A DNA stretch of 64,000 bases from NCBI GenBank assembly GCA_965217185.1, contig OZ244252.1, positions 1,216,001 to 1,280,000 of the forward strand. The letters are read 5' to 3'. Source of the stretch: an uncultured Candidatus Entotheonella sp. (GTDB lineage Bacteria > Tectomicrobia > Entotheonellia > Entotheonellales > Entotheonellaceae). Below are positions 50,767-58,979 of this stretch, piece by piece (the stretch's first letter is position 1; every line of letters starts with the position of its first letter). The translations under genes and the position numbers were made by a program. The notes beneath the pieces are model-generated. The model was given only the letters and a program-made list of their open reading frames with translations. It made no database searches and was not told where the DNA came from.

Positions 50767-51252
50767 ATGACATCCAAGAAAACGCTCTATCTGGCGAACC
50801 CCTACGGCTTCTCATCACAGCAGCGTGAAGGACCTTTGGCAGCGCTCGTGACGGCGCTGGAAACGCTGGGTGCCGAGGTCTGGGAACCGTTCGCCCGCAA
50901 CAACCAGATCGACCGTGCCAGCCCCGGCTGGGCCTACCAAATCGGGCAGGCCGATTTGCGCGACGTGCGCGACGCCGACGGGCTGTTCGCGGTGGTCAAC
51001 GGCTGCCCGCCGGACGAGGGCGTCATGGTGGAGCTGGGCATGGCCATCGCCTGGGAGAAGCCAGTCTTTCTCTTTCGCGACGACTTCCGCCGCTGCACCG
51101 ACAGCGAGACCTATCCCCTCAACCTGATGCTCTTCACTGGCCTCCCCCAAACCGGCTGGGAAGCCTGGTGGTACGCTTCGATCGACGAGATTGCTGACCC
51201 CGACAAAGGCCTGGCGCGCTGGCTGCGGGACGATGCAAGGAGACCGCAATGA
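50767..51252 (+). CDS. Nucleoside 2-deoxyribosyltransferase family protein
   Basis: YLANP.GFS, D..G...ELGMA.A..KP and NLML motifs. Confidence 0.88.
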   Translation: MTSKKTLYLANPYGFSSQQREGPLAALVTALETLGAEVWEPFARNNQIDRASPGWAYQIGQADLRDVRDADGLFAVVNGCPPDEGVMVELGMAIAWEKPVFLFRDDFRRCTDSETYPLNLMLFTGLPQTGWEAWWYASIDEIADPDKGLARWLRDDARRPQ

Positions 51253-51461
51253 ACTGCATTCACTGTCGGGGGCGGATGCAGCGCTCCAAAGTGCCCTTCG
51301 ATGTTGATCGAAACGGCTACCACCTACTGTTCGATACAGTCCCGGCCTGGGTCTGTAGCCAGTGCGGCGAGGCATATTTCGAGGAACGCGAAGTCGCCAC
51401 CGTACAGAGCGCCATCAGGGGACTCGACCGGCAGGCCCGGCGGCTTGACGCGGATGTCTGA
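51249..51461 (+). CDS. YgiT-type zinc finger protein (MqsA-like antitoxin domain), copy 1
   Basis: CxxC..VPAWVCxxCGE; ATGA overlap with the upstream gene. Confidence 0.85.
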   Translation: MNCIHCRGRMQRSKVPFDVDRNGYHLLFDTVPAWVCSQCGEAYFEEREVATVQSAIRGLDRQARRLDADV

Positions 51462-51514
51462 GGCGACTAGGTAACTCCAGGGTTGCAAGCAAGCCAGGAT
51501 ATGGGGAAAGCCAA

Positions 51515-51640
51515 GTGACAACGAAACGAACCCTGTTGGGTGAAGAAATCGAGATAGCACTGGGAGAGGTGTTTGCGTATATGCGTGGGGAGGATGTTCT
51601 ACCCTGCCGAACGGTATATGGTCCGCTCGCGGATAAGGAA
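51515..51640 (+). pseudogene. Possible N-terminal remnant of an HTH antitoxin
   Basis: LGEEIEIALGEVFAYMRGE resembles the N-terminal helix of XRE antitoxins (from recall); no HTH follows. Confidence 0.4.
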
Positions 51641-51692
51641 CACCAGAGTTCGGCAACACGACCGTTAAAGACGAACCGCAAGGAGAACCGTT

Positions 51693-51962
51693 ATGGAGCT
51701 TCACGAACTTGTCCTTGAGATGAAGCAGCTTGAACGGCGGCTCATGCTCTACGAGAAGAAATACGGCATTCTCAGCCAGGATTTTTGCGACGCCCTGAAA
51801 GCGGGAAAGCTGTCGCGCTACGACGATTTCGACGAAACCCGAACCGATTTCAGCCGCTGGAAAGGCATTTACGAAACTTGGCAACGCCGCAAAGTAGCCT
51901 ACCGCGAGCAACTCCAACAAGGTGACCCAGCCGACGTACTGCGTGTGCAACCCGTCTATTGA
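51693..51962 (+). CDS. Small antitoxin-like hypothetical protein
   Basis: AAGGAG RBS; L..YEKKYG..S.DF...L..G...DF..W pattern typical of small TA partners. Confidence 0.65.
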   Translation: MELHELVLEMKQLERRLMLYEKKYGILSQDFCDALKAGKLSRYDDFDETRTDFSRWKGIYETWQRRKVAYREQLQQGDPADVLRVQPVY

Positions 51963-52081
51963 TATAGCCTAAAATCCCCTCGAATCGCTTGCCGATGATG
52001 GTTACTTTGTGGCTGCAACCTCGAATCGTCCTTGCGAACTGAACGATGGCGTTTCACCGTTACACGTAGTACGTTCTTGCC

Positions 52082-52357
52082 ATGATTCAGTCGTGGCGCA
52101 ACACTGCAAGTCGTAAAGTTTGGGAAGGCGAGCGGCCAAACCGACTTCGTAGCCTGGATTTCGATGCGGCTATTGATTTGTTGCTCGCGCTGAATGCCGT
52201 TGAGACCCTTCGGGACCTGAGTCCGCTCAAGAGCGTCGGGTTGCACAAGCTCAAGGGCGAGCGCAAAGGACAATGGGCCATGACGGTGAACGGACCTTGG
52301 CGCATTTGCTTCGAGTTCCGTAGGGGAAATGCGTTTAACGTCGAGATCGTCAATTAA
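52082..52357 (+). pseudogene. higB: HigB (plasmid maintenance killer) toxin truncated by a nonsense codon
   Basis: MIQSW, LHKLKGERKGQWAMTVNGPWRICF; 3' end reads E-I-V-N-TAA-H-R-G-TAA where the family has EIVDYH. Confidence 0.75.
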
Positions 52358-52373
52358 CACAGAGGATAAAACG

Positions 52374-52658
52374 ATGCCACCTGTCTCACACCCTGGCCGA
52401 CTGCTGAAGCGCGAGTTGGAAGCGCGCCGCCTGAGCGCCAACCGATTAGCCTTGGCCCTCAGCGTTCCTTCCGGCCGCGTCACGGACATCTTGAACGGCC
52501 GCCGCTCAATCACTGCCGAGACTGCGGTGCGGCTTGGCCGCTATTTCGGCAATTCCCCCCGCTTCTGGCTCGAACTCCAAAGCCAATACGACATCGCTCT
52601 GGTTGAACGTGACAGCGGTGCGGAAATAGACAGGCAAGTGCAACCTGCCGGTGCCTGA
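52374..52658 (+). CDS. higA: HigA family antitoxin
   Basis: HPG..L, I.NGRR.ITAETA.RL..YFG....FW..LQ..YD motifs. Confidence 0.93.
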   Translation: MPPVSHPGRLLKRELEARRLSANRLALALSVPSGRVTDILNGRRSITAETAVRLGRYFGNSPRFWLELQSQYDIALVERDSGAEIDRQVQPAGA

Positions 52659-52711
52659 CACCCATGCCTGGGCGATCACAAGTTGAGAAGGACACCACGG
52701 GAGGAGCCGCT

Positions 52712-52972
52712 ATGGCCCAAACGAGCGAAAGCGTGGAGCCCACAATCGGGAACGGCGTGTTTCACAGCAAGGTGGGATTTGTGAGCGGCACGCCCATTTT
52801 TTTTGGAACCCGCGTGCCCCTGAAGAACCTGTTTGATTATCTGGCGGGTGGGCGCAGTCTGGATGAATTTCTGGACGATTTCCCGGGCGTCAGCCGCGAG
52901 CAGGCAATAAAGACGCTGGATATGGCAAGGGAAGTCCTGGAGCGGGTTGCTTATGAGACTGCTGCTCGATGA
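52712..52972 (+). CDS. DUF433 domain antitoxin
   Basis: GTPIF.GTRVP...LFDYL..G.SLDEFL.DFP.V motif; GGAGGAG RBS. Confidence 0.9.
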   Translation: MAQTSESVEPTIGNGVFHSKVGFVSGTPIFFGTRVPLKNLFDYLAGGRSLDEFLDDFPGVSREQAIKTLDMAREVLERVAYETAAR

Positions 52973-53030
52973 GTCGATTGCCTATACAACTCGGAAAGCA
53001 GGCGCATTTGACGGTTGAGCAAGATGTGTG
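52953..53030 (+). pseudogene. DUF5615 PIN-like toxin remnant
   Basis: MRLLLDES overlaps the DUF433 end, then frameshifts (PIQLGK in another frame) and stops early. Confidence 0.7.
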
Positions 53031-53208
53031 CATAGGAAGAAAGTTGCAAACCCTTTTTTGCAAGACATCCTTGGAATCCGCCCGCCATTGACCTTGATCC
53101 ATCTTTCTGCCCAATTCCCCAATGGAAAGCCTTTCCGCCAAAATCCGACCTCTGAATCCGCGGAAGATGGCTTCTAAAGTGCTATTATCAAAACCTAAAA
53201 ACCAATTA

Positions 53209-53237
53209 TTGACAAAAATTGTTTGATTACCTAAATT
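53209..53237 (+). promoter_or_regulatory. Sigma70 promoter for the XRE-peptidase/KAP region
   Basis: TTGACA-17 nt-TAAATT in an AT-rich stretch. Confidence 0.7.
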
Positions 53238-53304
53238 TCGTCTATGTTCTTTGTTGCACTGTTGTACAGGTCAAAGAGACACGTTCAGCAACCTGGAGGC
53301 GCGC

Positions 53305-54567
53305 ATGGTCATTACTGCCGAAGAAATCCGACAACGATTGCGATACGCGCGTGAAAGCCAGCATATCACCCAGGAATCCGCCGGGGCTGTACTCGGGCTC
53401 CAGCGGTCCGCCATCAGCCTCATGGAGTCCGGCCAGCGGCAGGTCTCCACGCTCGAGCTGACCCGCCTTGCGGAACTCTACGGACGAGCTATCGAGTGGT
53501 TTGTGAACTCGCGCATTCCAATGGAGCAAGAAGACCCGGTCGTCGCCCTCTTTCGCGCTGAGCCGGACCTGCAAAGTGAGGTCGTTCAAGCGCACGCCTC
53601 GCGTTGCCTGCGGCTCCTCAGAGAAGGGGCATCGCTTCGACGGCTGGTTGGACGCAGAAGCACCGCTTCCCTGCCGCGTTACGAACTCCCCTCCCCCCGA
53701 ACGGTCGGACAGGCCATTGCCCAAGGGCAGTCGGTGGCCGAGCAGGAGCGCCGGCGTCTCGATCTCGGCAAGGCGCCGGTGCGAAACGTGCCTGAAACGT
53801 TAGCCCACCAGACCGTCTGGACGGCTGCCCTGCCGTTGCCGAGCGAAATCTCCGGCCTCTTTCTGAGTAGTCCCGATTTCGGCATGGCAATTTTGGCCAA
53901 CCTCACCCAACCGCCAGCGCGCCGGCGGTTTTTCTACGCGCACGAATACGGCCATGCGCTGATGGACCGCGATGCGCCGGCAACGGTTACGAGCGTCCAC
54001 AACGCCAAGACTAGGCCCGAGCAGCGCGCCAACGCCTTCGCCGCCGCCTTCCTCATGCCCGCCGAGGGTGTGCGGGATTTTCTGCACAACTTGGGCAAAG
54101 GGAGAGGCTCCCGCCACGAAGAAGCCGCGATGGATGTCGTCACCGAAGCGGGCATCCGGGGGACTTTGCGAAGCCCGGCGGGCTCACAGAACGTGACCTA
54201 CGCCGACGCGGCGCTGTTGGCCCGGCACTTTGGCGCCAGCTACGCGGCAGCGGTTTGGCGCTTGCGCGGCTTGAATCACATGAACGTCGAGCACACCCAA
54301 ACGCTTCTCAGCCAGACCGAAGAGGCCAATCGCTATCTGCGCGCGGTAAGCGCATTTTCCGACTTGGATGATGACGAAGACGAGGCACCCGTCAAGGAGC
54401 TTGCCCCGGACCTGATCCGGGGGCATCAGGACCACGAGTTGCATGGGCAGGTGCTGCCGCTGGTCTTGGAAGCATGGTGGCGCGGCGAGATTTCGCAGGG
54501 GAAGCTACTCGAAGTGGGTCGGCTGTTGGATATGGAGGACGAGACGGTCCTCGACTTGGCTGATTGA
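53305..54567 (+). CDS. XRE-family HTH fused to ImmA/IrrE (M78) metallopeptidase
   Basis: N-terminal HTH (TQE..A..LG..RSAIS..ESGQR); AHEYGH HExxH; E.RAN.FAAAFLMP; GGAGG RBS. Confidence 0.93.
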   Translation: MVITAEEIRQRLRYARESQHITQESAGAVLGLQRSAISLMESGQRQVSTLELTRLAELYGRAIEWFVNSRIPMEQEDPVVALFRAEPDLQSEVVQAHASRCLRLLREGASLRRLVGRRSTASLPRYELPSPRTVGQAIAQGQSVAEQERRRLDLGKAPVRNVPETLAHQTVWTAALPLPSEISGLFLSSPDFGMAILANLTQPPARRRFFYAHEYGHALMDRDAPATVTSVHNAKTRPEQRANAFAAAFLMPAEGVRDFLHNLGKGRGSRHEEAAMDVVTEAGIRGTLRSPAGSQNVTYADAALLARHFGASYAAAVWRLRGLNHMNVEHTQTLLSQTEEANRYLRAVSAFSDLDDDEDEAPVKELAPDLIRGHQDHELHGQVLPLVLEAWWRGEISQGKLLEVGRLLDMEDETVLDLAD

Positions 54568-54640
54568 GGCGTCCTGAATGGCGCGCCAAGGCCCGGCGAT
54601 GATCGTTTTCGAGGCGCATGTAGCACCAACCATTAGAGGC

Positions 54641-56788
54641 ATGCTCATGTCTGACTTTGACGATAAGCCAATTACATTACCCGAAGAAGACATCCTCGGG
54701 TTCAATCCGCTCGCTAAAGTGATAGCCGACAGCATTTCAAAGATGGAGGAACCGGAGGGGACGGTTATTGCCGTCAATGGTCCGTGGGGTTCGGGCAAGA
54801 GCAGCGTTGTCAACTTGGTGCGGCATCATTTGCGCAGTACGGGGAATCCCGGTTTGGAGGTGGTCGATTTCAAATGCTGGTGGTTCCGTGGGGAAGAAGC
54901 CCTGACGGTCGCGTTCTTTCACGAACTCTATTCCGCGTTCAGTCCATCCTTTGACAGAAGAGCAAAGAAGGCTCTCTCCAAACTTGGCAAATTTCTCAGT
55001 ATTGCAGGCGCCACGCTAAGCGCGGTGGGTGTGTTCAATGCGCTGTTGGCCGGCGTGGGCAAAGCCGCTTCCGCTATTGGTAAGCTTTTTGGTCGGCAGG
55101 AAGAAACTGTCGAAATGCTGCACAAGGAAATTTTCCACGCGCTACGCAAAGGCTCTAGCCGCTATCTGATCATAATTGATGACATCGACCGCCTTTCACC
55201 GGACGAGGCAATTCTCATCTTCCGGTTGGTGAAGTCGGTCGGCGGACTGCCGAACGTCATGTATCTCCTTGCTTACGACCGGCAACTTGCCGAGAAAACC
55301 GTTGCCGAGCGTTACCCCTCCGAAGGCCCCCACTATCTCGAAAAGATCGTTCAGGCTTCTTTTGATCTGCCGGCACCAAGCCAAACCTCCCTGAACCGGG
55401 AATTCGCAAGGCGTTTGAACACGGTTATTCGAATAGAAGGTTTCCAGGAGGAGACCCGTTTCCAAAACCTTTACAACGAGCTTATTGAGCCCGAAATCAA
55501 GACACCGCGCGACTTTATCAGGATATTGAACCCGTTGAAGGTCACTTGGGCGGCGGTCAGGGAAGAGGTCAATCCTGCTGATTTCCTGTGCCTGGAAACC
55601 TTGCGGATTCAGCGCCCGGAATTGTACCGGACGTTGAAGGCGAATAAGGACCGTGTGACCGGAAGACAAGGGACCAACCTTTGGGGCACAAGCTCATCAC
55701 CTGAACGATCAGAAAAATACGATGCGATCTTTCTTGAATGTGAGCCCGAATCGGACCGTGAAAGATTGCGTAACGGGCTAATGCGATTGTTCCCAGCACT
55801 GAAACGCGCTTGGAAAGACGTAACTCACGGAGAACATTCATTGGCCCTCTGGGACAAGCAGCGCCGTGTATGCTCGCCCGAACACTTCGATACCTATTTT
55901 CAATTTTCGCTTTCTGAGGATGTCCTGAGCACCGGAGAGATCAAAACGCTCGTCGCCAGCGCGGGTGACGCGGAGCGCCTTCGAGATTTGTTTCTCGATG
56001 CCGCAAACACAAGATTGGCGAGTGGCAGCACCAAGGCCCAGCTTTTTCTTGAAGCACTCAGAGTTCATGCGGACGATGTACCCGAAGATCATGTCTGCGA
56101 CTTGCTCAAATCGATCTACTCTGTCGCGGACAACCTTGTGCTGGCAGAGAGTAAAGAGGGCTTCCAATCGACGATTTTTGGGGAGACCCTTCCTCGCTTG
56201 TGCGGGCTCATCCGCCAGTTGACCATGGAACGCTTCACTCTGGAAAGGCGCTCATCTGTGATACGCGAGGCTTGCAACGATGCGACAATCACCTGTTTGG
56301 CATTTATTGCGGGCTCGGCTTGGGGCGAACATCTGCCCACAGAAAACGAAATCCCCAAAGGTCCAGAGGAACGTCTGACGTCACAACGTCATGCCGAGGA
56401 ACTCAAAGACTTGGCATTAAAGCGAATTCGAAAGGCTGCTAACGATGGCTCGCTGATAGAGTGTCCACTGTTGATGGTAGTACTGCTCCGGTGGAAAGGT
56501 GCTGAGGATGGTGATGAAGCTGTCCGAACATGGGTGAGCACCGTAATCCATAGTGATGCGGTGGCGGTAGTTCGTATCGCAGAGGCATTCACGGGCTTCG
56601 GGTCCGGAGGGTATCTTGGGGATTCTGTTCCAGAGCAAAACTATATTGCGTTGACGAGTCAGTTAGAGTTGGTCGCTGACTTGCAAGAATTCAGGGCACG
56701 CGCAGAGCAAGTGTTGAGAGAGGGCAGTTTGGAAGCCAAGGACCGTGAGATACTGGAGCGATTTCTCAACGCGCGGGAGAATAAATGA
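54641..56788 (+). CDS. KAP family P-loop NTPase
   Basis: Walker A GPWGSGKS, Walker B IIIDDIDR, YLEKIVQ, TPR; hydrophobic insert after Walker A. Confidence 0.92.
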   Translation: MLMSDFDDKPITLPEEDILGFNPLAKVIADSISKMEEPEGTVIAVNGPWGSGKSSVVNLVRHHLRSTGNPGLEVVDFKCWWFRGEEALTVAFFHELYSAFSPSFDRRAKKALSKLGKFLSIAGATLSAVGVFNALLAGVGKAASAIGKLFGRQEETVEMLHKEIFHALRKGSSRYLIIIDDIDRLSPDEAILIFRLVKSVGGLPNVMYLLAYDRQLAEKTVAERYPSEGPHYLEKIVQASFDLPAPSQTSLNREFARRLNTVIRIEGFQEETRFQNLYNELIEPEIKTPRDFIRILNPLKVTWAAVREEVNPADFLCLETLRIQRPELYRTLKANKDRVTGRQGTNLWGTSSSPERSEKYDAIFLECEPESDRERLRNGLMRLFPALKRAWKDVTHGEHSLALWDKQRRVCSPEHFDTYFQFSLSEDVLSTGEIKTLVASAGDAERLRDLFLDAANTRLASGSTKAQLFLEALRVHADDVPEDHVCDLLKSIYSVADNLVLAESKEGFQSTIFGETLPRLCGLIRQLTMERFTLERRSSVIREACNDATITCLAFIAGSAWGEHLPTENEIPKGPEERLTSQRHAEELKDLALKRIRKAANDGSLIECPLLMVVLLRWKGAEDGDEAVRTWVSTVIHSDAVAVVRIAEAFTGFGSGGYLGDSVPEQNYIALTSQLELVADLQEFRARAEQVLREGSLEAKDREILERFLNARENK

Positions 56789-56806
56789 AAGACGGCGGTT
56801 TGGCGC

Positions 56807-57187
56807 ATGGCTTCGCAAGAAACCCTTGAACACGTACGACGGGCCGCAGCGCAACGTGTACTATTTCTCCCCCATGCAGTTCGGCAAATGGCGCGGCCGG
56901 ACAGAGTCATCACGCCAAGCGAGATCCGGGCTGTTATCATGCAAGGCGAAGTCATTGAGGACTATCCCGAAGACATTCGCGGTCATAGTTGTCTGCTGTA
57001 CGGCTATGGCGTGGATCAACGGGATATCCACGTTGTTTGCGCACCTAAAGAAGATTTTCTCGCGATCATCACGACGTATCTTCCCACGGATGAAAAATGG
57101 GAACAGGGCTTACGGACAAGGAGCCATAATGAACTGCGTCCACTGTCATGGACAGATGAAGCGATCGAGCGCCCCTTTTCATATTGA
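56807..57187 (+). CDS. DUF4258 domain protein (putative RNase toxin)
   Basis: HA..QM, GEVIEDYPED.RG.SCL, IHVVC and IIT.Y.P...W motifs. Confidence 0.88.
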   Translation: MASQETLEHVRRAAAQRVLFLPHAVRQMARPDRVITPSEIRAVIMQGEVIEDYPEDIRGHSCLLYGYGVDQRDIHVVCAPKEDFLAIITTYLPTDEKWEQGLRTRSHNELRPLSWTDEAIERPFSY

Positions 57188-57350
57188 TCGTAACGGCTAT
57201 CACTTGGTGTTCGACACAGTTCCGGCTTGGGTTTGCGGCCAGTGTGGTGAGGCGTACTTTGAGGAGCGGGAAGTCAATGCCATGCAGTGCGCCATTCAAG
57301 GTCTTGACCAACAGGCTCGGCAGCTTGTTGCGGACCTTGAGACGGCGTAG
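57129..57350 (+). CDS. YgiT-type zinc finger protein, copy 2
   Basis: CVHC..VPAWVCGQCGE; AAGGAG RBS. Confidence 0.88.
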   Translation: MNCVHCHGQMKRSSAPFHIDRNGYHLVFDTVPAWVCGQCGEAYFEEREVNAMQCAIQGLDQQARQLVADLETA

Positions 57351-57422
57351 CGCGGCCTTGCAGCTAACCCGGCGGAGGTTTTCGTCGCTTGATAAGAACA
57401 CACTGTAGGTAGACTGTAACCC

Positions 57423-58976
57423 ATGCCCACCCTGCACTGGCTGACACGCGACACCGACATCCACGCCGCTGCCCGTGTGCCTTATCGTCTGCTGGAAGAA
57501 GCGTCGGACCTCTCCGCCGGTGATCCGGACGCCGGCAATATGCTCATCCAAGGTGACAATCTGGAAGCATTGAAGGCGTTGTTGCCGTTCTATGCCGGGC
57601 AGGTGAAGTGCATCTATATTGACCCGCCGTACAACACGCGTTCGGCTTTCGAGCACTACGACGACAATCTGGAACATAGCAAGTGGCTGGCGATGATGTG
57701 GCCGCGGTTGGAACTGTTGCGCGACTTGCTGGCGGAGGATGGCTCGATTTGGGTGTCGATTGACGACAATGAGGCGCACTACCTCAAGGTCATCATGGAT
57801 GAAGTGTTTGGAAGAAGAAATTTCGTGGCTAACGTATTTTGGCAAAAGACCTATACGCGAGAGAATCGAACGGATGTATCGGCCGTACATGACCACATAA
57901 TGCTCTTCGCACGGGATCGGGAGGTCTGGAAAGAGATTCGGAATGTTCTTCCTGCGTCAGAGAGTCAACTTGAGAGATTTACGAATCCAGATGACGACCC
58001 ACGGGGTGCTTGGTCTTCGCTTCCAGCCCATGCGAAAGCTGAGAAGGGGCGCAGAAAGGAACAGTTTTTTACAGTGACAACCCCATCAGGACGCACGGTT
58101 GACCCTCCTCCGGGGCGATGCTGGTTGTACACGGAAGAACGTTTTGCGGAAATGGTCGCGGACAGCCGTATATGGTTTGGAAGCAAAGGCGCTAACGTTC
58201 CCCGAGTGAAGAAGTTCTTGTCGGAAGTTCAACAGGGACTCGTTCCGTCTACACTCTGGCTCTATCAAGATGTCGGTACGACCGGGGAAGCAAAGAACGA
58301 AATCACGGGTCTGTTTCCCGGAGAAACACCCTTTTCAACCCCCAAGCCCGAACGCCTCCTGCAACGCATTCTCCATATCGCCACCAACCCCGGCGACCTC
58401 GTCCTCGACTCCTTCCTCGGCTCCGGCACCACCGCTGCTGTCGCGCACAAGATGGGCCGCCGCTACATCGGCATCGAAATGGGCGCCCACGCTGTCAGCC
58501 ATTGCGTCCCGCGTTTGAAACAGGTCATCGACGGCGAACAAGGCGGCATTTCCAAAAGCGTCGGCTGGCAGGGTGGCGGCGGGTTTCGCTTCTACCGCCT
58601 CGGCCCGCCGGTGTTCGACGAAGCAGGGCAGATTCGCTCCGATATCCCCTTTTCCGTGCTGGCCGCCCACGTCTATTTCAGCGAGACCGGGCGCTCGTGG
58701 CGCAGCAACGGCGTGTCGCCCTTCCTCGGCTTGCACGACGGTCACGCCTATGCGCTGCTGTACAACGGCATTCTCGGCGACAAGCGAGCGGACGGCGGCA
58801 ACGTCCTGACCCGCGCCACGCTGTCGGTGGTCCGGGAGGCGATGGCGCGGCAGGATGCAGGGTTCGCCGGCCCGCTGACAGTCTACGGCGAACGCTCGCG
58901 CCTCATGCCGGTAACCCTCGAGCGCGAGCGCATTACCTTCAAACAGGTGCCCTACCACATCAAGGCTTGGACCTGA
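57423..58976 (+). CDS. Type III restriction-modification methyltransferase (Mod)
   Basis: GDNLEAL, IYIDPPYN, TPKPE.L and DSFLGSGTT motifs (beta-class order). Confidence 0.93.
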   Translation: MPTLHWLTRDTDIHAAARVPYRLLEEASDLSAGDPDAGNMLIQGDNLEALKALLPFYAGQVKCIYIDPPYNTRSAFEHYDDNLEHSKWLAMMWPRLELLRDLLAEDGSIWVSIDDNEAHYLKVIMDEVFGRRNFVANVFWQKTYTRENRTDVSAVHDHIMLFARDREVWKEIRNVLPASESQLERFTNPDDDPRGAWSSLPAHAKAEKGRRKEQFFTVTTPSGRTVDPPPGRCWLYTEERFAEMVADSRIWFGSKGANVPRVKKFLSEVQQGLVPSTLWLYQDVGTTGEAKNEITGLFPGETPFSTPKPERLLQRILHIATNPGDLVLDSFLGSGTTAAVAHKMGRRYIGIEMGAHAVSHCVPRLKQVIDGEQGGISKSVGWQGGGGFRFYRLGPPVFDEAGQIRSDIPFSVLAAHVYFSETGRSWRSNGVSPFLGLHDGHAYALLYNGILGDKRADGGNVLTRATLSVVREAMARQDAGFAGPLTVYGERSRLMPVTLERERITFKQVPYHIKAWT

Positions 58977-58979
58977 TTC

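Noticed and set aside
51459..51470. TGA ending YgiT copy 1 as a possible Sec codon
   Set aside because: It does not align to a Cys in copy 2, has no hairpin after it, and a TAG follows two sense codons later.
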